Shown: piece by piece, positions 39,117-51,811 of the stretch
Layout: each line of letters opens with the position of its first letter
Numbering within the stretch: the stretch's first letter is position 1
Origin: Mobula hypostoma
Lineage: Eukaryota
DNA length: 64,000 nt
Direction of reading: 5' to 3'
NCBI RefSeq assembly: GCF_963921235.1
Contig: NC_086097.1
Location: 62,188,001 to 62,252,000 of the forward strand
Program-made: the position numbers and the translations under genes
Notes under the pieces: model-generated
Told to the model about the DNA's origin: nothing
What the model saw: only the letters and a program-made list of their open reading frames with translations
The model's database searches: none

Positions 39117-39152
39117 AGTCCTGACGAAGGGTCTCGGCCTGAAACGTCGACT
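39117..39152 (+). ncRNA. Minimal type I hammerhead ribozyme, intact core
   Basis: agtc CTGACGA a gggt ctcg gcct GAAA CG TC gact. Stem I agtc/gact; palindromic ACGT in place of stem III; predicted cut after GUC at 39148. Confidence 0.8.
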
Positions 39153-41304
39153 GTACCTCTTCCTAGAGATGCTGCCTGGCCTGCTGCGTTCACCAGCAAC
39201 TTTGATGTGTGTTAGGTGAACAGGAAGGTTTGGCCTCGTCATCTCTGCCACCCTCTGGTGGCCAGTTTCAGATGTGACAATGCCCCCCCCCCCCACCCTC
39301 CTCTACAACTGGCTCTTGACAATGACTGGAATTCTACTGCAAATTCTGCAACAGATCAGGCCCCTTGGTGCAGATCTCCCAGCCACTCTTTTTTGGTGAT
39401 CAAAAACCTGTTCAAGGGTGTCTGTGAACACCCTTAGATCACTGCAAATTGGAGATTGCCAGAACCATGGAGCAGTTGCCCACTCTTGTGCACAAGTGGA
39501 GATATAATTCAGGCAATCTTGGATGTATCAGACTGAATGGCTGAGGGCTGGTGCCCAGAGCCAAGGGCACACCAAGTCAGAAGGCCTTTGCAACTACCAG
39601 GATTGCCATCATAACACTGGGAAAAATGGATCTTGGGTTCTTTGGCTGGCACATTTGCAGGTGGCACTGTCCCAGGAGGCAGAACCAGTGCAGGCATTGG
39701 CATTGCACCAGGACAAGGATCTTATCTTCAGGAAGGCATGTATGTAACTGCTGAAGAGATTCTCCTAACAGCATCCAAAAGCTGGTGTAGTTGTCCTTGA
39801 TGTGTAGCAAGCAAGGCTCCCTGTTTAGCAACAGCAGTGCAGAGTTGTTCCTTCTCTGCTGGGTCCCTTTGATGGATTATTCTTACTATCACAGCTGACT
39901 AGGTAACTTCTTCAGTTTTAAATTCTCTTGTACTGAGTAGTGGTGAACCCAATTGCAGAGAAAGTCACACAAAGTTAGAGGAAAAAAATCCAACAAGGCA
40001 TTACTGGATTCCTCAACAGGCACAGTACAGACAGAGGGTCCAAAAAAAACTCACAGGCATAGTCAAACTCCAAAGAACATTAACTAGAACTAGAGATTCC
40101 TACAATCAAAAGCAAAGCCTCAGTTACAAAAGATAACTCCAAAATAAGGTACAAGAGATAACAATGAACTAATAATTAGCCTTACATGAAGATGAGTAAC
40201 AAGAAGGGGTTGGCTTTGTCATCTTTGCCTCCCTCTGGTGGCCATCTGATTCAAAAGCCGAATTGTTGAGGGGTCTTAACCGTGTCTGAGCCGAGTGATG
40301 TGAGTCCTGAGGCTCCTATACCTTCCACATGATGGCAGCAGTGAGAAGTGAGCATGCCCTGGATGGTGGGGGCGGGTGGGGGGGGGATCCCTAATGGTAG
40401 AAACAGCAAGAGCTTTTATTATAGATGTGCTCAATGACAGTGAGGGCTCTAATTATGATGATGTTGGGGTGTATCCACTACCTTTTTAAGGATTTTACAG
40501 CTCAAGGTCATTGCTGTTTCCATACCAGGTTGTGATGCAACCAGTCCCTACACATCCATAAAAGTTTGCCAAAGTTTGCCGAATTTCCGCAGACTCATAA
40601 AGGAAGTAGAAGAGCTGTTGTGTTAAAATTATAAACGCACTTACAAGCTGGTCCCAGGACAGGTCCTCCAAAATAATAACACCGAGGAATTTAAAGTTAC
40701 TGACCATCTCCACCTCTGATCCTCCAATGAAGAGTGATGCCTCATGGACATCTGGTTTCTTCTCCTAAAGTCATTGGTCTTGCTGACATTGAGTAAGAGG
40801 CTGTTGTTATGGCACCACATAGCCAGATTTTCAATCTCCCTCCTATACACCACTTCATCATCACCTTTGATTTGACAGAGGTATCATCAGCAAATGGCAC
40901 TGGAGCTGTGCATACTCAGAAAGTCATAAGTATAAAGTGAGTGGAGCAAGGGCTAATCATGGTTTACCTGTGCTGATGGTGATAGACGAGGAGATGTTGT
41001 TGCCAATCCAAACTGACTGGCGTCTGCAAGTGGGGAAATAAAAGATCCAATAGCACAAAAAGATATTGAGGCCAAGGTCTTGGACGTTATTTTTGAGGGA
41101 ATCATGCTACTGAATGCTCATCTGTAGTCAATAAAGAGCATCCTGATGTATACATATTTGTTGTCCATATGTTCCAGGGTTGAGTGAAGAGCCAATAAGG
41201 TGGCATCCGCTGTGGACCTGTCACTCTGGTAGGCAAATTGAAGCAGATCCAAGTCGCTTCGCAGGGAGAAATAGATAATTTCATCACCATCTTCTCAAAA
41301 CAGC

Positions 41305-41505
41305 CAACCCTGCAGGCCGAGACACTTCTTCAGGACTGGGAAGGAAGGGGGAAGACACTAGAGTAAGAAGTTGGGCGAGGGAAGAAGGATAGCTGGAAAC
41401 TGATAGGTGAAGCCAGGTGAGTTGGAAATATAAAGGGTTGGAGATGAGAGTGGACCATAGGAGAAAGAGAAGGAGGAGGGGCACCAACGAGCGGTGATAG
41501 GCAAG
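41305..41505 (-). mobile_element. Older Penelope-derived pLTR fragment
   Basis: Minus strand ccagtcctgaagaagtgtctcggcctg, with a purine-rich body like 1820-1990. Confidence 0.55.
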
Positions 41506-42369
41506 TAAGTTTAGTTACTCAATGACTCCTTCAAGCCTTGGCTAGCTTGGTGTGTGATGGTGCTACTAAGCCATTCTTGGTGACGGAGATGCCCCACTCA
41601 TAGTGCATTGAGTCACTTTGCTACTTCCAGTGTTTCTTCCAAGCGTAATTCAATGCGGTGCACCACTGATTCATCAGCTGGTGGTATGGTTGATAGATTT
41701 AGAAGGTGTCCATGCCCATATTTCATCTGATGCCATGAGACTTCAAGGGATGTAAAACAATGCTGTTAACTCCTGGGCTACTCCCTCCTACCTACAACTT
41801 AGATCAGGCAGGACTAGTGACAGTATTTACCACCTGTATATTTTCAGTGTGATCATTGACTTTTAAAATATTACCTACAGAAAATTATTTTTAAGATCTC
41901 ACTAATTCTCTGGATTCCATGCTCTATTGTATTCTCTTCACCTTCCCCCACATCATGTGTGTAGTCTCTCACCCTCTTTCTTGTTTAACCAGTAATGGCT
42001 GTACTCTGGGCTTCCCTGCACTATTCATCAGACTTTAATACTCCTGTGCTTTTCTGAGTTTCTTTGGCTCACAATACAACCAACTGCTGCTGTCTTTTTA
42101 ATTTTCACTGTCAAGGTCAAAATCAAAGTTGAGTTTATTGTCACATGCACGAGTACATGTATGCATCGGTGCAATTCAGAACTTGCAGCAGCATTCACAA
42201 GAAAAACAAAGAAAACAGATTATATACAATATTACAGAAAAAAATGACAATTAGAAAAAAAGCTAATTTTAATGCAAAGATATCAGAGTGGTCATAGTGC
42301 TGCTAAACTGTACTGGTGATTAAGGTTTTGCCAGATGGTTGAAGAAACAAATGGTTGAAGGAAAGTCAC

Positions 42370-42506
42370 AATCACAAGAAAATCTGCAGCTTCTGAAGAT
42401 CCAAGCAACACACAGAAATGCTGGAGGAACTCAGTGGCCAGGCAGCATCTATGGAAAAGAGTGAGCAGTTGATACTTCGGGCCGAGATCTTTTCATCAGG
42501 ACTGGG
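42370..42506 (-). mobile_element. Older Penelope-derived pLTR end with decayed hammerhead
   Basis: Minus strand ccagtcCTGATGAaaagatctcggcccGAAgtatcaactg...tgtgtgttgcttgga. Confidence 0.6.
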
Positions 42507-43234
42507 AAATTTCTATTTCCCCAGCTGCAGAATTTTTTGCTTTTGTGGTCAGTGCCATCAATCACTAACAATCAATGCCCATCTTCAGACGTGCCTCTTT
42601 TGTTTCTGAGCCAATCAGAATGCTTGATTTTTTTGAACTATCATTAACACCAATTGTGGTGAATTGAGAAGAGATGTGTGAGGCAGTAGTCTGGATCTAC
42701 TGAGAGTCAATCATACCAGGGGCTTCAGAAAAGTTCAACTCCTTATCGAAAATTAACAAAAGCTACCATGCATTCAAAGTCAAAGGTTGAAAAAATTAAA
42801 GTTGTTCTTGGGGATGGAGTTAGTTATTGTTCTTAGAGTGATCATGGCATATGGAAAGCAAGATGGACCAGAGGGCTGAATTTGAATGAACAGCTAAGTT
42901 CATATTGAATGGTGGAGCAGGTCTGAAGTGATCAATGGTTTATTGCTGCTCCTATTTTCTATATTTTACTATTACTATGGATTTCACTCATTACACACAA
43001 TACATCACAGAGCAATAAGGCCTTCTCCTAGAGTGCAAGCTATTGGGTTTCCGAAGGTTAACATGGTTTTACCAGGACAATGCTTGCCTACAATTCGAAA
43101 CTAAAACTACACTCATAACTAGAACAGCCCATATCTCTTCCTCAGTTGCCAGAGCTCCAGCCCATCTCATGGCCAATTCATTTATGTCCCTCTTAATCCC
43201 ACTTTACCATCACGCCCACACTGACATGCTACTG

Positions 43235-43570
43235 AAATTGGAATTGGATTTGGTTTATTATTGTCACATGTACAAGATACAGTGAAAAGTTTGTCTTTTA
43301 TATTTTCAGACAGAGCAAATCATTTCACCGTGCATTGAAGTAGAACAAGGTAAAACAATAACAGAATGCAAAATAAAAATTAGCCGCTACAAAGAAAATG
43401 CAACGTAGATAAACAATAAGGTGCAAGATAATATCGAGTAGATTGTAAGGTCAAGAATCCACCTTTCGTACTTGGAAACCATACAATTGTCTTATAACAG
43501 TGGTGTAGAAGCTGTCCTTGAGTCTGGTGGAATGTGCCTTCAGGCTTTTGTATCTTCTGCCTGATTTGTG
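43235..43570 (-). mobile_element. Rex1/Babar 3' fragment
   Basis: Antisense counterpart of 11830-12155 (gaagctgtccttgagtctggtgg...cttcaggctt). Confidence 0.6.
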
Positions 43571-44266
43571 GGTGGTGGAAGAAAAGAGAAGATTTGGGGT
43601 TGTTAGAGTCTTTAATTACATGAATATAAAAAGCTGATCTCTCTCTGATCTTCTCCAACACCTCTTCTTTCTTCCCTCCCAAAATTAAGTGCCAGACTTC
43701 TGAACCCCACCCCCCCAACCCCAACTTCACTATAAGAGCTTTTATTCCACTCACTCTCAATCCAACAATAACTTCATCGTGTGCTGGTCATCCCTGATCT
43801 CCTCAAACACCACGTCCCAGCCTTCATTTCTGATCAACTTCAGGGCTCTGAGGTCAGCTATTCCCTGCCCCATTTTCCTCCTCCAGCCACAGCAAAGGCC
43901 TGCAACCTCTAATCACACTGCTTGGCCTCTGAAAAGGAGCATCTGGCAGTATATTTTCAGGAATAATTAAAGCAAAACCGCACCTATTGTGCTGGAGGTC
44001 TTGGGCCTCAAGCCTCAGATATAACGAAGTGTTTGGCAGCGGTCCATTGGCCAAACTGGCCACTGACACCCCACTACTCCTCTGTCCTGCACACCCATTA
44101 GGCACACTCAAGTTCTGTAAGAATCTAGAATGTACATTGCATAGTTTTCAAACCATTACCATTTGGTCATGAGAACCATAGCACAGTCCAGCCTGTATTC
44201 AGTATTCATATGTTACACTTGAATGTACACTTGAGGGCTTGAATGTTCATAATGGTGATCTTAACC

Positions 44267-44307
44267 TGTGTGTTTATGTGTGTGTGTCTGTGTGTGTGTG
44301 TGTGTGT

Positions 44308-44369
<62 letters not shown>

Positions 44370-44375
44370 AAGAGA
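44267..44375. repeat. Compound (TG)n(AG)n microsatellite
   Basis: Directly visible. Confidence 0.95.
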
Positions 44376-44572
44376 AGCAGAAGTCCAAGCTACACAGGAG
44401 ATCAGATCAGTTGCTAGCCCATTTGACTGTCAATGGATTTACCGTTGAGTCCAGTGAGCTAACAAACTAGCAAATCAGTTCATTCTGAAGGTGGAGCCTT
44501 AATACACAATCCCTGACACCTGCCTGCAGTTTGAAGTTACTTCATCTCACTGCAGGGTCAGCTCCCTGTATC

Positions 44573-44822
44573 AGATAGTGTAATGGATAGCACAACGCTT
44601 TACAGAACTAGAGACCCGGGTTCAGTTCCCACCACTGACTGCAAGGAGTTTGCACATGCTCCCTGTGATCGTCTGGGTTTCCTCCAGGTGCTCTGGTTTC
44701 CTCCCACAGTCCAAAGAGATACCAGTTGGTAGGTATTAGGCTAAGGCTAAATCGGGGGTTGCTGGATGGTGTGGCTGGAAGGGCCTATTCTTCACTGTAT
44801 CTCAATAAATAAATAAATAAAT
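44573..44822 (+). mobile_element. tRNA-derived V-SINE
   Basis: A-box tagtgtaatgg, B-box ggttcagttcc, V core gggtttcctccaggtgctctggtttcctcccacagtccaaaga, and (AAAT)n tail. Confidence 0.8.
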
Positions 44823-46449
44823 GTAAGAAGGCATATACCACAGGCATTGAAGCTCGACGGTGTGCTGGGTCCAAGTGCCCTGCTCTATTAATGTTTCACT
44901 TTTCATGTTAGGACTGAGCTTTGGACTGAACATCCCCAAGAAGTAAATCTGTCCAATTGTTTCTTATTTTTCTTATGGATGCCCCATACCTTTCAGAACG
45001 GATGGAATGCAGAGGCAATAGGGTATCACGTCCCTCAGTGAATCAAGCAGTTTTTGCACCTTCAGTTATGTTTGAGTAAAAATTGCGATCTAAAAATAAG
45101 GATGATAAACAAAAAAACAAAACGTAGATGGAGAAGCTCTGACTAAAAATAGGCTCTTCTCAAAACCTCACTGCTGAACCAGACACTTAAGGAGAGGAAT
45201 GTCATCAAGGTTAATTAGATATGGTCTTGATTGTGGTGACTAGTTCCACTTGCTAAATTTACCGTCAAAGGATTTTTGCTAAATTTTAATTTATACAGAG
45301 ATGGGTTTAGTCAGCTAATCAGAACTTTTAACATGACCTCAGTCGACTGACAGTGATTGATAGCAGAAGTGAAGTTCTCATCAGTGATCCAACAATACCC
45401 AAATGATGTGCAGTCAGAATGTCTTCACTACATTAAATCTTTAATCAGCTACATTCCTTATTCTAATGTTAAAATGTCAAAATGAGTGAAAGAAATTTGT
45501 AAAAATAAATGAGGGTTTGCTTGACTTTGATTATTGCACTATAAAAGACAAAAGAGAAATGTACGTGTCCTTAAATATTCCAAATGGCTTTTACTACATA
45601 GATTTAGATAAAATATTAGTGTACTTAAAATGGTAAAACATCATTGAAAATATTAGTATTTCAAAGCATCCCAAAACTATAGATTATGCCAAAATCTTCA
45701 GGCATTGTATTCAATTGTAGGTGCCTCAGCCAGTTTCTGTGGTTAGGTATTCCATATTCTATCAGAGCATTAAGAAAATTCTTCAGATCTCTATCCTCAC
45801 TTAGCCTCAACATAAAATTGATGGCACTTGTCAGAGAAAGTAGATCTTTCCTATTGAAATGTTTACATTGGTAAGCCTTCGATATTTACTCCACAATTTG
45901 CCTTCATTGCTATCTGTCCCAATATCTCAAGTTGCATGCCTAGCTTCTCAATGTCAGCCTAGTTAATCCACACTGGAACTCAATGTTTTCTAACAGGTGG
46001 CACTCATCGTCATCATGATTAATTTGTGCAAAATCTCAGCAAACATTCCCTTCAGCTGAATTCCATCTTTTTTAATATCCTGGCTTACGAGTAAAAGTGA
46101 GAAAGCAGAAATCCTAGGTGACCTATTGTAACACTACAAATACAGCAGAAAATACCGGATATATTCTGCAGGTTAGTCTGGGTACAGAGGGGCAGAAATG
46201 GAGTTAGAGGCTGTTAGTCAGAGCTCAAAAATAAAAACAAAAGAAGCAAATTGTAAACCTGCAGGGAGGGTTGGAGAGTGGGATGGCCCTGAAGAGATGA
46301 AACTGGGCTATCTTTTAGAATAAACTGTAAAACAAATTTATTTTATTATCAAGTGAATGAGAACACTTAGAGAGTGAGAACACAGGCAAAATCATGTAAG
46401 AGTTTTGAAATGCAGAGCAGGTCAGAGTGGTCATGTCCCCCACTTCTAC

Positions 46450-46895
46450 TAGAGTCACAGAACTATACAGGATGATCGGCTCATCATGATAACCACTTAT
46501 CTATTCCCAATTTCCTGCATCCAGCCCATGTCCCTCTAAACTCTGCCTCCATCAACTTACTCCAGTACTTCTTCTTAAACGCTACTATTCTATCTGCCTC
46601 ACATATTTATTTCCGGCAGCTCGTTCCACACACTCACCACACTCTGTGTAAAAAAAGTTGTCCCTTTGGTCTCTTTTAAATTTTGCCCCTCTCATCCTAA
46701 ATCTATGCCCCCATTTAAGATTCCTGTACCCTGGGGAAAAGACTATCACTGTCTCCTTATCTCTACCCCTCACAATTTTATAAACCTCTGTAAGGTCACA
46801 CCTCATTCTCCTATGCTGTGAGGGATAAAGGCATATCCTTCCTAACCTCTAGCAATAACTCAGGCTTTCTAGTCTTGGCCATATCTTTCTAAATC
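46450..46895 (-). mobile_element. CR1 3' fragment
   Basis: DLTEVYKIVRG...GHRFRMRG...NFF in ORF 46585-46806 (-). Confidence 0.7.
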
Positions 46896-46899
46896 CAGA

Positions 46900-49780
46900 A
46901 GGCCACCTCAACAGCAAAGTGGCAATTCTGGACTAAACTTGAATCAATGAAGGATGCTCAACAGTTATGGCAGGGCTTGAACGCTATTACCTCTTACAAA
47001 GTGAAATCAAGTGACATAGGTGACAACAGGGCTTCCTTCTCAGATGAGTTCCGTGACTTCTATTCCCACTGCGACCATCAAAACATGGAGGAATCTTCAT
47101 GAAGTCCCACAGCCCCCTTTAACCCTGAGATTTCAGTCTCAGAGGCCGATGTGAGAGCATCCTTCAGGAGGGTGAACCCTCAGAAAGCATCCATCCCAAA
47201 TGGGGTAGCTGACTGAGTATTGAAGACCTTTGGTGATCAACTGGCAGGAGTGTTCACCAAAATCCTTACCCTCTTGGTTTGGCAGCCAAGGTACACATCT
47301 GCTTCAAGCAGGCTTTGTTAAATCAGTGCCTAAGAACACAATAGCACTTGCATCCACTGTAATGAAGTGTTTTGAGAGGTTGGTGACAAATCACATCAAC
47401 TGCCTGAGAAGCATTTGGATCCATTCTAATTTGTCTACTAGCACGCTAGGTACACAACACATTTCATTTACGCAACCCTGGAACATCTAGACAAAGATAT
47501 TTGAGCAAAGATACATACATCACTATGCTCTTTATTGATGACAGCACCGCATTTAATACTTTCATCCACTCAAAACTAATCAATAATCCTCAAAGTCTGG
47601 GCCTTGATACTGCCTTGTACAATTGCATCCTCAATTTCCTCACGTGCAGACCACAATCAGTTGGGATTAGCAACAACATCTCCTCCACAATCTCCACCAG
47701 CACTGGTGCACCATAAGGCTGTGTACTTAGCCCCCTGCTCTGCTCACCTTACACTTATGACGGCATGGCCCAGCATTGCTCTAATGTCATATTTAAGGTT
47801 GCTGATGACACCACTGCCTTTGGCCAAATCAAAGGTGGAGATGAATGATGGAGATTTAAAGTCTGACTGAGTGGTGCCAAAACAGCAACCTCTCTCTCAA
47901 CATCAGCAAGACCGAAGAGCTGATTATTAACTTTGGGAGGAGGGAATTAGAGGACTATGAGCCAGTTCTCATCAGGGGATCATAGGTAGAGAGGGTCAGC
48001 AATGTTAAATTCTTTAGCGTTATCATTTCAGAGAACCTGTCCCGGCCCAATAGATAATGAAATTACAAAGAAAGTATGGCAGCACCTCTACTTCCTTAGG
48101 AGTTTGTGAAGATTCAACATGGTATCAAAAACTGTGACAATCTTCTATAGGTGTGTGCTATGAGAGTATATTGGCTGATTGTATCACAGCCTGGTATGGA
48201 AACACCAATACCCTTGCATGGAATTCCTACAAAAAGTAATGGATACTGCCTAGTCCACCATGGGCAAAGGCCAACCCACCAGTGAGCATTTCTACACGGA
48301 GCGCTGTCACAGGAAAGCAGCATCCATCATCAGGGACCTCACTGCCAAGAGCTTGCATTCTTCTTGCTGCTGCCATGAAGAAGTAGTTTCAGGAGCCTTG
48401 GTACTCTCACCACCAGGTTCAGGAACAGTTGTTGCCCTTCAACCATAACTTCACTCAACTTCAGTTGCCCTATCACTGAACTGTTCCCACAACTGACGGA
48501 CTCACTTTCAAGGACTTTTCAACTCATGTTCTCGATATTTATTGCTTCTTTGTGCATTATTATTATTTCTGTTTTTTCTCCTTTTGCATTTGTTGTCACG
48601 GTCTGGTCCATGAAATCCGCATTCCGGTTCACGGTCCTGTCCGTCGATCTGTATTCCAGGTTAAACCCCCTATCTGAATCCCTTCTCTGCCCCTTGCTCC
48701 TGAAGTTTTGCCATGCCCCTGCAACCTGTGCCTGGAGCCTTGCCTTGCTTTGTCTTGCCTCGCCTCGGCTTGCCTTGCCTGGCCTTACCTCGCCTGGCCT
48801 GGCCTGGCCTGGAGCCTTGACTTGCCTGTAACCCTTGCCTGCAACCTTTGCCTGCACTGCTGTCAAGTTCTATTGTTGGAGCAAGATAAGGATCTGTCTA
48901 TTGTTGTTTTGACCTGTCTCTGTGTCCATGCCTTCACTAGGTAGGTCTGGCTGTTTGCTGCTACCTAGTGTTGGGATCTGTCTTTCTGTCCTCACCTTTG
49001 CTAGGTAGGCCTGGTCGTTTGCTGCTACCTAGTGTTGGGAACTGTCTGTGTCCATGCCTTCACTAGGTAGATCTGGCTGTCTGCCGCTACCTTGTGTTGA
49101 GAACTGTCTCATCGTATTCTGCATTCTGTGTAATGAATCCTGGTCCTACGTCCTGTTTCCAAGGAGGAGTCCTGGCTCAGTCTTCCAGGTTCCTGCCTCT
49201 CCCTTGACCAAGGCTCTGTGTTCCTGTCTCCCTCTCGACCAAGGCTCTGCATTCCTGTCTCGTCCAGTCCTGTTGCTACTCCTCATCCTGTAGCCACGTC
49301 TTGTCCGAGCCTAGTTCTGGAGTCCGAGCCCAAGTCAAGTCCCAGGTTCTGGGTCCTTGCCCAGTCTCTGGCTTGGAGTCCATACCCAAGCCTTGAAGTA
49401 CCCTCGCGCCTCGAGGAACCTAAGCCTCGTCATGTCTTCACCTGGATCCGGGATCCGAGCCCAAGTTAAGACCCAGATTTTGGGTCCTTGTCCAGTCTCT
49501 GGCTCGGAGTCCTTGTCCAGGCTCCTAGTTCCTAGTTCCTTGTCCAGGTCCCACTTTTCTAGTCAAGTCCTGGCCCAAGTCTGTGTTCTTGTCCCTGCTC
49601 CTAGTCTGCATCCAGTCACGTCCCCAACCCAGCTCTCTAGTCAAGTCCTGTTCCTATTACTTCAGTGTCTGTGTCTTGCATTTGGGTCCACCTCTCAGCG
49701 CCCCCATTATGACATTTGTATAGTAAGTTGTCGTTTGCGCACTGGTTGTTTACCCTGTAGATGTCGTCTTTTGTTGATAC
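46900..49780 (+). mobile_element. Degenerate Rex1/Babar LINE with a solo LTR in its 3' UTR
   Basis: [28 protein letters not shown] and kvaDD remnants. Confidence 0.8.
48594..49714 (+). mobile_element. Solo LTR (1121 bp, probably Gypsy) with internal tandem repeats
   Basis: TGTCA...TGACA termini; 5-bp TSD tttgt at 48589-48593 and 49715-49719; internal (gcct t/g)n and ctaggtagg...gctacctagtgttggga repeats. Strand inferred. Confidence 0.85.
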
Positions 49781-50735
49781 AAAGTTCAAGTTCATTATCA
49801 AAGTACATGTATGTCACAATATACAACCCTGATATTCATTTTCTTGTGGGCATATTCATTAAATCCATATTGGAATAATAACTATAATAGAATCAATGAA
49901 AGAGTGCACTAACTTGGGCATTCTGTCAATATGCAAAAGAGAACATTCCAACCACAAAAAGAAAGAAAAGATAATAATAAATAAAGAACAAATATGGAAA
50001 CCATGAGATGAAAAATCCCTGAAAATGAGTACATAGGTTCTGGAAACATTTCAGTGATGGGGCAAGTGAAGATGAGTGACCTGATTCCCTTTGGTTCAAG
50101 AGCCTGATGGTTGAATGGTTGAATATTCAAAGTAACTGTCCTTGAAACTGGTGGTATGAGTCCTGAGGCTCCTGTACCTTCTTCCTGATGGCAGTAGCAA
50201 GAAAAGCGCATGACCTTTGTGGTAGGATATCGCTCCAGGTAGATGTGCTCAATGTTGGGGAGGGCTTTACCTGTGATGGACTGGGCCATATCCACTATGG
50301 CTTGTAGGATTTTCTGTTCAAGGGCATTGGTCCTTCCATATCAGGCTGTGATGTAGCCAGTGAATATATTCTAAAAGAATATATTCTTTTATATTATAAA
50401 AGTTTGTCAAAATTTTGGATGTCATGCTGAATCTTTGCTAACTCCTAAGGAAGTTAGTGTGCTTTGTTCGTAATTGCACTTACGTGCTGGGCCCAGGACA
50501 GATCCTCTGAAATGATAACAGCAAAGAATTTAAAGTTGCTGACCCTCTCCACCTCTAATTCTCCAATGAGGACTGGCTCATGGACTTCTGTTTTCCTCCT
50601 CCTGAAATCAATAATCAGCTCCTTGGTCTTGCTGACATTAAGTAAGAATCAGAATCAGAACAGGCATATGTTTAACTTTGTAGCAGCAGTACAATGCAAT
50701 ACATGATAAATATAGGAAAAATCAGAATTACAGTA

Positions 50736-50736
<1 letters not shown>

Positions 50737-50775
<39 letters not shown>
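50737..50775. repeat. (GT)n(AT)n microsatellite
   Basis: Directly visible. Confidence 0.9.
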
Positions 50776-50782
<7 letters not shown>

Positions 50783-51811
50783 TTAAATAGTAAAGTTAAA
50801 ATAAGTAGTACATAAACAGAAATATATTTTTAAAAAGTAGTGAGGTCGTGTTCATGGGTTCAATGTCCATTTAGAATGGGATGGCAGAGGGGAAGAAGCT
50901 GTTTCTGAATCGCTGAGTGTGTGCCTTCAGGCTTTTCTATTTCCTTCCCGATAATAACAATGAGAAGAGGGCATGCCCTAGATCCTTAAATGGATGCCGC
51001 CTTCCTGAGGCACCACTCCTTGAAGATGTATTTGATACTACGGAGGCTAGTTCCCATGATGGAGTCTATTTTACAACTTTCTGCAACTTACTTTGATCCT
51101 GTGCAGTAGCCGTCCATCCCAGACAGAAGCAGCCAGTCAGAAAGCTCTCTGCTGTACATCTGTAGAAATTGCAAGTGTTTTTGGTGAGACACCAATTCTC
51201 CTCAATCTCCTGATGAAATAAAGCCACTGTCTTTCCTTCTTTATAACTGCATCATTATTTTGCGACCATGTTAGGTCCTCAGAGATATTGACATCCAGAA
51301 GCATGAAATTGTTCACCCTCTCCACTTCTGATCCCTTTATGAGACTTAGTTGGGGTTCCCTCGTTCTATTCTTTCTGAAGTCCACAATCAGCTCTTTGGA
51401 CTTATCAACATTAAGTGCAAGTTGTTGCTGCGACACCACTCGATCTGCAGGTATATCTCGCTCCTGTACACCCTCTCGCCACCGTCTGAGATTCTTCCAG
51501 CAATGGTTGTATCATCACAAAATGTATACATGGCATTTGAGCTATGCCTAGCCACATATTCATGGGTGTAGAGAGAGTGGAGCAGTGGGCTAAGCACACT
51601 TCCCTGTGGTGTGCCAGTGTTGACTGTCAGCCAGATGGAGATGTTATTTCCAATCAGCACAGATCATGGCCTTCTGGTTAGGAAGTCGGGGATCCAGTTG
51701 CAGAGGGAGGTGCAGAGGCCCAAGTTCTGTAGCTTTTCAATCAGATCTGTAAGAATGATGGTGTTGAACACTGAGCTATGGTCAATAAACAGCATCCTGG
51801 CATCCTGACAT

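Larger units (their letters stand above)
37814..39213 (+). mobile_element. Penelope-like element (Neptune type), 5'-truncated with inverted 5' pLTR
   Basis: 14-bp TSD aggtgaacaggaag (37800-37813, 39214-39227). 37814-38344 is an inverted copy of the 3' end. Confidence 0.93.
37491..40249 (-). mobile_element. Internally deleted Ty3/Gypsy LTR element (two LTRs and ~600 bp internal sequence)
   Basis: Left LTR TGTCACA (37491)...TGTGACA (39279) is interrupted by Penelope. A similar LTR lies at 39887-40249. Minus-strand PPT at 39282-39302. Gag-like YDGNPGSCKGLLTWC in ORF 39509-39703 (-). Confidence 0.78.
37210..41295 (-). mobile_element. Degenerate Rex1/Babar LINE split by the Gypsy/Penelope nest
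   Basis: The left part ends cccctttgg (37490) and resumes ttcaaaagcc (40250). The intact junction ccctttggttcaagagcc is seen at ~50087-50104. RT remnants at 40495-41290. Confidence 0.75.
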
